Shown here in pieces: positions 25,952 through 37,800 of a DNA stretch of 64,000 nt (the stretch's first letter is position 1; the number at the start of each line of letters is the position of its first letter). Below the pieces are notes generated by a model. The model made no database searches, was not told where the DNA came from, and was given only the letters and a program-made list of their open reading frames with translations. Both the position numbers and the translations under genes were made by a program. Source of the DNA: Anthoceros angustus (lineage: Eukaryota > Plantae > Anthocerotophyta). The stretch is taken from the NCBI GenBank assembly GCA_010909165.1, contig VJWM01000260.1:1-64000 (forward strand). The letters are read 5' to 3'.

Positions 25952-26147
25952 AAGGGGGGTGTGTGAAAGCGATCATTTATGAAGCTCTACGCTCGAGCAG
26001 GACACCGTGACGGTCCGTCTCTTTGTGTCCATGCGCTTATGATGCCTTGAACACTCTCATAAACTTGATTCTTAAGCACTTTGTGATACGAGCATTCTCT
26101 TCGTGCTTGATGCTCTTCGTGCTTGATGTTCTCCATGTTTAATCACA
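25952..26147 (+). repeat. Copia PPT (25952-25959) and 3' LTR (25960-26147)
   Basis: AAGGGGGG followed by TGTGTGAAAGCG...TTTAATCACA. Confidence 0.95.
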
Positions 26148-27353
26148 CTGGCCAACCTTAAGCACATCTGCAAGACGAAGGCCTCGAAGATGACGTGAAT
26201 GCCGGATTAAGAAATGGCAAGCCAAGAAGGGGACACGGAGGGCCCAGCTCCCTAACAAAGTCGCTGGTACGGAAGCCTCCATGACTAGCAAACCAGTGCC
26301 CCAAAAATGACAAGAAAGAACGTCTGCCTCCTCACCAGATCCCGGTAGCGCACTCAAAGTTACCGGGCCGATGCAGGCAAGCCTACCTAAAAGAAATCGC
26401 ATATGTTCTAGTAGTGGGGGCAGTGTGCTGCGACGCAAAAGCCGTTCCGAAAACGTGTTTCGTGTTTTGGAAGGGTTCTAATTAATAACTTGGCCGGTGT
26501 GGGACACCACATCCGGTGTAACTTCCTTTCCGTGCACGGTAAAACAGGATGGTTAATTTTGCTATCCGTTGCTTGCAAAACCGCTTTCCGCTTCCCGCCT
26601 TCCGCGGTGAGAACTAACGAACATGTTGCTCTGTTACAGTCAGAGCCTCGAATTTTGGTACGGTCTGTTTTGATACCCCGAGAAGCAGGGCTGAGCGCCA
26701 AATGTCTACACCCTATGCTCCGCCCGACGACACTGCCGGCCGTCGGATGTTTGTCGCGTCGTGGAGAAGTAGAAAACGAACATAGATTCTACTCTGTAAC
26801 AGCAACCAAGCACAGGAAACATTATAAAAGTAACAGCCCGGCGAGGTACATGTATCCGAGGGAGAGGCTGCCTGGGTATGTCCGGCCGGAGTGACTTTTT
26901 GCTGAGTCGCGACACTAGGCAGGCCGCTCCTCGGCTCTCTTGCTGGCATCCCCACAAATTTGGAGGAGCAGAGGGTGTCCCTGCGGCCCTGCCTTGTGGC
27001 CTTCTGCAACGACGAGGAATGCAGGACGTGATGGTATGACTCAGGTCTGCCTCCTCCGTGCCCGGTTTATATCTGGACCTTGCAATTCCATTCCGATGAA
27101 TGCAATGCAATGCAGGATGGCAATGTTCACCGTGGCGTCCGACTGTCGCCCACATCTCCTACCTCATGAGCCTGTCCATCCTGCATGCAGGCTGCCAGTG
27201 GCACGTTTAAACCAAACTGTCTACCTGATCCTTCCTCAAAATTGGGAACGTACAAAACTGACTCGAATGTACTACTAGTTAGGTGCATCTAGCACTGCAG
27301 TGTATATCACGCATCGCAGGTAAGTGGTGCTGCTGATTCTCAATTTTTTCAAA

Positions 27354-30300
27354 GGGGAGTTCGTTCTCGAATTTGATCCCAGGAATGTGGCTCATCCCAG
27401 TGGAAACGACGTGACTCGACACAACGCAAGTGAAGCCACAGCCCAAGCCATGGGGAAGGTTCAATTCCACCTCAACTTTTTCGTGGCTGCAAATGCGAAA
27501 ATTGCTTCTGGAGTCTGGATGATGGAGTGACTTCCAGACGTTTTGCCTGTCCATCGTCCAGGTTACAGACAGGTATCGGAGCCTGATACAACGCTATCAC
27601 ACTGCACTCAATGACAACTTCATGGCATATGGATCACTCATTGCCAAGTATCCGGTCTATCCGCTGGTGTAAGTTCCTCAGCCGCTGCGGTGCAGATTGT
27701 GGTTGTGCTCAGCACTGGGCTCAACATAGCCGTGAGAATCTCACTGAGGAGCTTGTGGCAGGTTGGGCATTTTGTTATTAGGGGGCTTGTGCATCGGTCT
27801 CATACGTGCCAAGACGGAGACCGATCTGGAGAAGTTGTGGGTCGAGCAAAATTCTGAGATTGTGGGGGAGAAGAAATTTTTTGACGAGAGGTACGGAACT
27901 CCTCTTCGCATGTTTCCGAGACTCTCGTCGTGTGTCAAATGCCCACAAATTTGATTCGCATCCATGGTCCAAACTTGTGTAGGTGGGGCGGCATCCCAAG
28001 GAAAGAGATCGTAACCATCACACCCAAGTCGGGTGGCGGCCAGATTGACTTAAGGCAGGCAATGGACGCTTTGACGAGCGCAGTGGCTCCTCTGTACGAC
28101 GAGATCAGCTTTACGAAGACCATCCCAAGTGCGAACGGGTCAAGAGCATTCAAGCTCACTGAGGTATCTTTGGATGGACATCCGTGTTCTCCGAGTTCTT
28201 AAGGACTTCTTGTTGACACTGTGCTCAATTCGTTGTGCTCAGAACGATTTCTGTGAGCGGCCTCCTGTCCCAAGCAGCATCAAGTCGGGAGTAAACCCAT
28301 GGCTAGCTGGCAACTTTCTGTCATGGGGATACCAACAACTTTCCACCTGCATCATCAATGACACAGCTGGGTTTCCCGAGGTGGTGATCAATGTAAATGC
28401 AACGCTGCCCCTTGGCTGGGGTATCGACCAATTTCCCTGCACAAAGCTGACTCCTATGGACTGCTTCGCGGAGGGACAAGCCTTTGACTACCCCGAAGCC
28501 CTGAGGCAGCTTGAAACTCCTATTGGAACAGGTATTCATGGTCAACTTTCCACTCTCAGGTCCAGTGCTAGATTCCAGGTCGAGCCGACCAACCCTTCTG
28601 TGTGTGTTTGCTGATCCATCAAATATTGTGCTCAGTGGTCGGAGTAAACGTGACTATAGTGGACCTAGTGGCCGGCATCCTCTTTCAGCAGGGGATAAAG
28701 CGTTGCCTGATCAAGGACTTGAACGAAACTCTCATAAGCGGCTTTCGGAACTACACAGGACAAGCGGATATAGCAACCATTGACGCCGTAGGCCACACTT
28801 CCCGTGCTCTCTGTCCCATTTTACAAGAACTTCTGCTTTGTCACTGATTGCTCGGGCGCCACTGTGACACTCGCAGATTCTTAATGGCGTTGAAAGCACA
28901 GCACAGTTGTTTTATTCTTGGGGTTATAGATGGCGACCTTCTTACAAGACCATGAGCAATGACAAGGTTTAGTTCCACATACCACCAAGGTTTTCTAGAT
29001 TGCAGGATATATGGCACCAATGACACAGTCTGTTAGCTGCCTGCAGATACTGAACCACTTCAATGAAGCACTCCAAATAGCAAGAGAGGCCAACCCGTCA
29101 CCAGCGGTCCCAGCAGTAAGTATTCAGACTGCGAGCATGGACCTTCTTGTTGTGTGGTTCGTTACTGGTTGTGGGAGCATGCTGAAAGAGCAAAGATGCC
29201 CACAGATTGCGAGTTGCATAGCGACCCAGTCAGCGTGCTGTATGACATGGTTCGGAGTTCACATACCATTGGAAGCAGCATTCGGTTATGTTGACTATGA
29301 CTCTACGGGTACAAACATCACAAAGGTAACATCATGTTCTAGTGGTTCAGATTCTTGCACCTACGTGATGGAGATGATAGTTCACATTCACCAAATATGC
29401 ATATCTTTTATGATGGGCAGATTGGAGGTATCAGATGGGGCCAAAACAACTTCCACCAAGGCCATCCACTTTGGGCTGACTACATCAATGACAAATTTGG
29501 GACTGCATATGACAGATGGACGCTCAAAGACTTGGCAAAGTCTTTTGAATCCCTTCTCATCGATCAACTGGACCCACTGAGACTAGGATCAGCCCACACA
29601 AATTTTGGTAAAGGAGAGCAGTTTGCGGACTACCAGCTTGAATTCAATATGTGGGTATGTGTCGCCAACTAACTTGTCAGCGGGCTTTGCAGTTGCTTCT
29701 CTTCTGATGAGTTGTTGGGGAATGATTTTGCACTGCAGAGATCATCTGAAGACATTTTGTCGGACGCTAACAAGACACCCATCTGGCAAATTATTCTTAG
29801 TGTTGTTCTTGTTTCCATCTACGGCTTCACTGCCTTCGTGAACTTTGGGGACCCTGTTCACTCCCATACTTGGCTTGCTCTCACTGTAAGAAACCTCCTG
29901 CTTTCACGTTACGAGAACGAGAATGGATACAGCAAGGGCTACATGTGGCTATTGAACTTCTGAACCATTCCTCGGATTTTCTCTGCGCAGGGAATGTCAG
30001 TTGTCAGCCTGGCAGTCGTTGCAGGGTTCGGGCTAACTGCTGCCATCGGGATTAGATTTTCTCCTCTCGCAGGGTCTGTCGTGCCCTTTTTGGCTCTAGG
30101 ACTTGGTAATCATTGGTACCTTCCCTTCCTACGCTTCAGCAAAATTGTGATCATCTGACATCGATTGAGCAAGTCTCCTCCGTTGTTGTGGCAGGGATTG
30201 ATGACATTTTTGTGATGTGTAACATTCTGAGAAACTACCTGAAGGATCCAAAACTCCAGGCTCTGTCTTCTGGGAACACTCCTGAACGTGAAATGCGATT

Positions 30301-33151
30301 GACCCTGGCGCTGGCAGGACCTTCTGTCGTGTTGACAACCTTTTCAGTTCTTGCTGCCTTTTTCATCTCCTCTATTGTGAGTATCCAACGTCCCAGCAGA
30401 GTTGCTCGGCAGGTTTTCTTGGGCCGACAGACACTCACCCTTCAGTAACGTGCTTCTGCTTTGCAGAGTCCCATGCCAATTGTACAGTGGTTCTGCTGGC
30501 AAATGGGTCTTACCGCTACTATCCACACTTTTGGGGTGATCCTCGTTTTCATGCCCATCATGGCACTGGACGCAAGGCGGACCAAGGTGGGTAAATCTGT
30601 TGTCTTGTCTCTAAAAGCTTCAATGCCCTCTGTCATGGTAGAAGTCTTCATGAGCTCTCTGTCCTTCAGGCTGGCTATCATGATCCAAACCTGTGGCTGG
30701 TTTGCGGCATCAGGAAGAAAGTGCCAAAGAACGGTACGCAATACTCTGACAACGATGCAGTGGTGAAAAATCGCGTCTCATAACTGGGCATTCATACATC
30801 GTTTTGCATTCGTTTCTGATGCAGATGCGCAGCCTGAAAACGGACTGCAGCACTCTGCCAGTTTGAAGGTGACCCCACTCTATGTGGAGGACCCTACCCT
30901 GCAGGAACACGTGGGGACTACACGCATATCGCAATTGATCGCAAATTACTATGGTCCACTCTTCGAAAGTCAAGTATTCAAAGTTGCAGTGGTAGGAGAC
31001 AAACTAACGTTAAAGTGTTGAAATCCTGTCTTGTCCTTGAGTTGAACGTCAGATGCTAGATGTTGGGGTGTGTTGCAGGTGATCGTCTTCAGTCTGTTCC
31101 TTGGTGCAATGGCGTACCTCGGCTTTGCTAAGGTTGATCACGGTCTTAACCTCTCCGATGTCACCTTGACTGGTGAGCTGTCAACACTCCGTGCATCGCA
31201 CAATTTTGCAGGTTTCTCTCCTAAATTTTGGAGTGTAGCTAAACATCGCCCTGCTCTGATGTAGGCTCCTACCAGAACACCTTTGCGGTGGTGACTGAGA
31301 ATGCATTTCTGAGCTATGATATTGTAGGTACTCCTCCTGCCGTCGTGTCAGAAAAGGACAGGAACTTCAGTCTGCCACGTATCACTGATGCCCAGCTTTG
31401 TTACTTGTCCACCTCCTGCAGTTTGTAGTGACTCGTGACACAGTAGATGTGAGCACCCAGCAAGATCTTGTGTTAGAGGCGCTTGGCTCAATACAAAATC
31501 TGACAACCTGGGCTCCGGCACAACCTTCGGTACGTTTCTTTGCCGCGTGCCCCAATGTGCTGCTACAAGGACCCGAGGTTGAAGCATCCCTTGCATGGCT
31601 TTGTGACAGATTCTGGAGACATCATGGCTCGGAAACTTCTACCTATTTACCAACACCAGCCAGCCCCCGATACCTTCAAATCAATTTTCCCGGTTGGAAC
31701 AGCAGTGGGTGGGATCTCCACTAGGTACCGCAGACGTGCCCAACTGCCGGATGGATCTCGTGATCAGCTTTCTGACACTCTCCGCGCAATATCGCAGGGG
31801 TGCTCTCTGTGGGTGACCTTTACTGTCAAGACCGAAGCACAGGAGAGCGTCAACGATGCATTCCCACGTCTCAGACGTTTGATCCTAATCTTGTAATTGG
31901 GGCTACAAAATCTACGGTAAGTTCCAGTACCAGCCTCAACTAGTTCCACATGTTGTCAACAGCAAACTCACTCACTCAGCAAAATCACTCATTAATACTC
32001 ACCTATCTTCCACCTTTGCAGATGTTTGCGAAGAACTTGGGTGCTGCCACTAAAAGCAATACCGAAATGATAAAGGGCACAAGAAGTGCTCTGAAAGGAG
32101 TGTCAGGTAACGATGTCACGTTCGTGTACGGGTACCCATTCCTCTTTTTCGAGCAGTATCTTCACAGCGACCATGACCTATACACTGTCGTCGGCCTTGC
32201 ATTGCGTAAGGCCCCACACCCTTTGGTCGTTTCAGATGACTGGCTGGCTACACTCTGTCCAAAGACTTACCTTATTCCTGGTCAGAGGCTTACATTGTTT
32301 AGTGCATGGTTGTTGCAGTTGGAGTGTTTCTGGCAGTCCTCATTTTCCAGTTCAGCTTGACTATGTCCCTATTGATTGCGGTGGTACTGCTGATGGTGGA
32401 TATCGAGGTCTACGGTTGCATCTACCTCATCGGCGCCAAAATGAACTGTAGGCAACCATCACCCTTCTCTCCTCTCCAAATCATCCATTGCAAAAGATGC
32501 TGTTATTAATACTCGTTTGGTATGGGTTATGTGCATGCTATGGCATGGCGCTACATCAGCTTTATCCCTTGTCAATCTCGGCATCGTGGTAAGTGGCTGG
32601 CAAGCCGTTTTTGTGTCAAGTATGATCTTTTCATGACACTGTCACTTTCTACATCTCACCGCCAACCTTCGGTCAGATTGGGATGGCAGCCGAGCTCACA
32701 TACTTGGCAAGGTCTTTCCTAGTTGTGGATGGAACAAGAAACCAAAGAGTTGCCAAGGCTCTGGAATGGACATTTGAACCGTTGCTCCATGGGTTTGGGA
32801 CCCAGATTGCGTCGACATTGCCCCTTGTTTTCGTCAAGTGAGTACAGACGCAAAGAATTTCTGATGCACAGCTGCGGAAGAAGGTTAGACGTGCTCTCTG
32901 ACGAGTTGCTCTATTGGACTCCTCGCAGGTATCACGCCTTCAGACAATACTATTTTGGCATGTTCACGATAATGGGACTCCTTGGATTCTTGAATGGATT
33001 TGTCCTGCTGCCAGTGCTCCTATCCTGGTTCGGCCCACCGCCCTTGCACCACATCAGGGAGAAAGAGCAGGCGCGTCTATCCTTGCAGAATGGCCTTAAC
33101 ATTGTGAAAGTGCGCACGGGAGATCGCCCTGCTGACGAGCTCCCGCAGTAA
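27354..33151 (+). CDS. Patched-family (PTCH1-like) sterol-sensing RND transporter, many short introns; 5' end uncertain (may start near 26850)
   Basis: ETDLEKLWVE (~27816); FPCTKLTPMDCFAEG (~28432-28476); SSD VVPFLALGL/GIDDIFV (~30078-30213); LAGPSVVLT; MALDARR; KVDHGLNLSDV (~31130); YGYPFLFFEQY (~32127); GMAAE (~32680); FLNGFVLLPVLLSWFGP. GT-AG introns include 27891-27982 and 28164-28242. Stop at 33151. Confidence 0.92.
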
Positions 33152-33575
33152 TGTTCAAAGATCGCTATCAAGCAAAGAGCAGGTACGTACAGTACTCGGA
33201 GGTTCAATAGGTAGTTAAGTGTTGCTGATCGCGATATCTAGCCAGCAACAAGAGCCCATCTTGGCTGGTCGAGTACCTAGTACATAGACTCTCATTCTTT
33301 GGACGGTACTGGTTGCACGCAAACAGCAAGAGATGCCTGGCTTGCAAGCCCGATGATCCCCCACAAGGATCAAATTCCCGCGCTGTATGTTCAGTCTACT
33401 CTTATAAAAACGACCTCGATAAATATTATTCTGCTTTAAATGTTAGACAGCTTCCGGAGACCTGGGCTAAAGGCTGAATGTTATGTGTGATTTGCTAGGC
33501 CCAGGTTTTCCAGTATACCCTGACAAATCAATAGATATTAATTTTTTTATTAAAAGTATTTATTTTAAAATTTTG

Positions 33576-33615
33576 ATATATATATATATATCTATTTATT
33601 TATTTATTTATTTAT
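33576..33615. repeat. (AT)n plus (ATTT)n microsatellite
   Basis: ATATATATATATATATCTATTTATTTATTTATTTATTTAT. Confidence 0.9.
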
Positions 33616-34892
33616 AGATCATTAGGCGTATGCAGCCGTGAGGCTATGACGCCTGAACAGGAATCAAGAACATGAATGAAGTGACATTTGGGAGAGCATA
33701 AAAGTAAAGAAAGTAGATCAAACAAAGATCAAAAGACTAGCTTTGCTAAGGAACCTGAACTAAAAGTAGTCGCCAATCAGCTTGAAGTAAGAGATAAGTT
33801 TCCCTCTGAGCTTGGAAATACTGACGAGTTGGCGCATATCATAGTAAGAGTCCTGAAAAATCTGGTCCCACTTGTTGCGGATCTCTTCGGAAGACATACA
33901 TTTCCGACAAAATGGATTTTGTTTTTACATATCTAACTCAAATATTTTAAGATGTGGAGGTAATTCTTAAGAAAGTTTGTATAGTAATGTAATAAACTAA
34001 TGCATCATCGTTCAGCTATCAGATGTGAGTTTATATAGTATACGCAACTACTATAAATGCACAAGATGGATAGATTCTTCACCCGGATAGATAGGTCTCC
34101 CTCCACAAAACCAACTTACCCCATGAGATCTTAGATGCAAATGCATAATATAAATAGATTCATTGAGTGTGGAATGGTAAACATGGGAGATAGTTCATCA
34201 TCCCATTGCGAAAAGAGATTTGAACATTGTCCCTCCCCTTGTAAATCTGAAAGGGATGACTAGGAAACTAATAATTCTAATGTTCCCAAGTCGTGCCTCT
34301 GCAAGCCATGAGTTCAACTCAAATGAAGACAGCAATAGAGGTCTTGTGTCGGATTCCTACCTAATAACCTTATGGAGAATATACACACAATTTCGGAGAG
34401 GAGCAGTCACGATCACCCACATTTCTATGGCTACCATAGTGCCCGACTACAATGCAAGATCTTTAAAAAATATAAATAAAATTATTATTATTATTGAATA
34501 ACCATTCTATAGAGAGAACCCGGGAGTTAAACTATGTACCCCAGGCCCCTATTACGGGTCAGATGGGGTGCATAACGTTTTGCGTTAACCGCACTGTGAA
34601 ATTTCTAAGAAAACCGGGATTAGGGCTCTTGGCTCGTAGAGCCTAGTCTCGCATGCCAGTCCAACCCATCGGCAGTCCCCTTTGCCGACAATTAATGACG
34701 TGGCCTTCCTATCGCGCGAGCCAGCATCTACCTAGGGGAAACGGGAGCCCAATCAATTTTCTAGGGGTATTATGTGTGGCCCCATGTGAGATACCAAGAT
34801 TTTGCTTGCTCCATGCCGGTGTGAACGCCGTCAGACGCAGTGCGACGGCAGAGACGTCGGGCCCTTACGCAAGAAGCTTGGACGTCGACAGA

Positions 34893-37800
34893 ATGGAAGC
34901 AATCGTGATCGATGCTGATGAGGAGCCCTCAAAAGAGCTCTACGCGCTCCTGCACATCCCCCCGGAAGCAGACGTTGACGACATCAAGCGAGCCTATAGG
35001 CAGTGGGCACAAATCTACCATCCGGACAAGCTCCAAACTGTGCAAGTAGGCCGCACCACCTCTCTTTCTCTTCCTCTTTGCCCTAGACACACTCTTGGTC
35101 TGGTAAAAGCAAAAGATACTGAATTTACTGTATGCTATTAGAGCGTGATGATTCTTCTGACCGCACCTACACAACTTTTCACAGGCTAGCTGGCAAATGG
35201 AAAGCCGGCATGCGGGGACTCGTCCTGACTCCAATTTTCAATTTCCGACATGCACCGGGCTGCCAAGGTTCCAGCCCACATACTACCTTGATGAGGAGCA
35301 GGAAAACCTGGAACCAATGAACGCTGCTTCATCAAACATGTCCCCCCGAGAAGTGGTAAGGGAGGAGCGATGCCGTTACTCTGTATAAGAGACAGCTAGC
35401 TTGTTCGGGGATGGAAGAGTGACGAAGGGTCTTCCGTCCAAAAGCTCGAACTCCAGAAAACCGGCGTCCTATCCAGGGAGGGGACTACCCAGACGGGTCA
35501 GTGGCTGTGTGTCCTTGCATAAATCCACATTCGACTCCAGGTGTAAAGCACTTTGAAGGCGGAGTCTTCCTCCAACCTCCAGGAACCAAAGACTGGGAAG
35601 GACCCACTGCCGTAATAGTGAGCACGCGGCCCACGCGAAAACACAATAGTAATCGTTCCGCAGCCATGGGTGGTAGCCCGATATCAGGAATCTTTGATGA
35701 CGACCGGCCTGGACGCTGCCAGTCGCCTCCAACACTGCAATCAGTGCATTGCGCAGCGGGCACATTGTTTTTAGAGCTTGTGGATCTGGTTTGCACCGCG
35801 TGTAGACTCGGAAAGCCCAGCTTGCAAGCTCGCTGGTGCATGCCGTGGCGATGGCGTCGCAGCTGAAACCGCATGTTGTCGCCTTCTTGTCTGCAATTTT
35901 GTTGCTGGGATCCGTGGTTGCTCCAGTTGCTGGAAAATCCATCGCCCACGAGCGGCCAAGGTATCGATGTGAGGCCCGCAGCGAGGCCATAGCCAGCTTG
36001 CAAGCTCCTCCCCCGGGGATAACCGTGGGAATCGAGAACTACGGCTACCACATCGTGACCAACAACGTCTCTGGGCTTTCCCCGTTTCTCACAGGCGGCG
36101 ACCCCATTGTGGATCGCGGCACAATCTTCCTCCCAGAACAGGATGTTGCTCCGGAAGCGTACGCTCCCTACGCCATCGGTACAATGCTGTAATCCATACC
36201 TGACTGGTCAGTGCCCAATGCACGCTATCGCTGCTGTGATTCGCGATTCAACTTCTTTGCTTCTGTGCAATGCTGCAGGGTCGGCTGGCAGGGGACGATA
36301 CAGCGCCGTCTTGAACAAGGCGGACGTGAATTTGGTGGCGCAAGCCATCTTCCAGAGATTGATATTTCGGAGTGGGCTCTGGTCGCCCACGGGAAACGCG
36401 CGGGAGCTGTGGGTGCGGAGCTTGTGGGTTCGCTGCCCGGCCAGTTCACGGCACTGGCATTGTTGGGCTCTACGCTGCCGGACAATGTGGATCTCGCCAA
36501 TTCCAGTGTGGGAGTGTACGTCTACTTCGGCAGCCAGGACACGGTTGTGCCGCCTTCCACGCTCGCCAAGTTCGCATCCCGGCTTCCTGGTAAAGTGCCT
36601 GAATCCAAATCTGGAACTTTCTTCAAATGCTGTCCGAATCATGGACTGCACTGTGATGGCGTAATCCCCTGCAATGGCAGGCAAATGTTCGTGATGAACC
36701 CATCTTGATTTTGCAATTTCTTGACGGTGTACGGTCATGTGCAGGTGATGCCTATGTTGCTACCTCGTTGAACACCACGCACTACGGCTTCGACTACAGC
36801 GATTGCCTAGGCAACACACCCACACCGACAAAACGTGGCCCAGGCAGCAACAAGACGGAGGCAGCCCTGGGCGTGGCAGATCAGATATTTGAGGACTCGC
36901 TGAATGCCGTTTTAAGGTTTCAGCCATGGCCGCCCATCACGCCCCGAGCTGTGTCCTTCGGGAACCAGGCTTTGCTGCTCCCCAACAACATTGGGTCTAA
37001 GCCTTACCCCGCCGGAATCCCCAGGAATCAGGTCACATTCCAGCGCTACCCTGTCCCGGCCGTCGCCCCGGTTCCTCCAGTGAGTCCCTTCTCTCCAGAA
37101 ATCCCGTTTCTGAGTCTCTTCCCGTGAGACCGAGTCCTCGTAGTTGAACCTTCTGCTAATGGGCCTTGGGATTGGCATCCGATTCGGCATTTGCAGAGAT
37201 CATGGTAGCCGCGCGAGGTTACCTTGTGGTCCTGCTGGAGCAACCTTCCCGCTCCACCACTCAGGCCGACGACCTGACTCAACTACTGTCGGACGCGAAC
37301 AATGTGATGGGCAGCACTGTTTTCAAAGGTACGTATTCTTTCTGTTCTTCTTCCGCCGTCCTGTGCAAGTGCTGTTCACAGAAACTGCTCTCCGATCCAA
37401 ACGGGTCATTTCCCATGACTTGTTTCTTGGTGCACTGAAATTCAGATGCAAGATATTGCGACACAGAGTTTTCAGCGGATTCGAGAGGCCTACGAGATTT
37501 TCAGTGACCCACAAAAGCGACAAATCTACGATCTTCATGGGTTGGAAGGGTTAACATGCAGTCTAGAGTTGGGCCCGAAGCTCAGATCTGGAGAGCAGAT
37601 CATAGGAGACTTTGACAGGTTAGAGCAGAGGAGGCAGGAGCACAAAATGGCGTCTCATGTGAACCATTCAGGCTCTCTGGTTGTCCATGTCAACGCAGCT
37701 CAATGTTTGAAGTCCTTCACTGGCTCACCTTAGATGATGGGAATGGTAATGTCAACCTCGGTGCAGGCAAAAATCTCTAGTAAGGATACTCTTGTGCTTG

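Larger units (their letters stand above)
21209..26147 (+). mobile_element. Full-length Ty1/Copia LTR retrotransposon (~4.9 kb)
   Basis: TG...CA LTRs at 21209-21385 and 25960-26147; 5-bp TSD CTGGC (21204-21208 and 26148-26152); PBS; PPT; domain order Gag-PR-IN-RT-RH. Confidence 0.97.

Noticed and set aside
26850-27353. Candidate extra 5' exons of the Patched-like gene
   Set aside because: Splice-like sites exist but I could not build a stop-free chain with plausible intron sizes
33620-34500. AT-rich block that may be a LINE 3' end with an (AAAT)n tail on the minus strand
   Set aside because: No clear protein motif; only the microsatellite is reported
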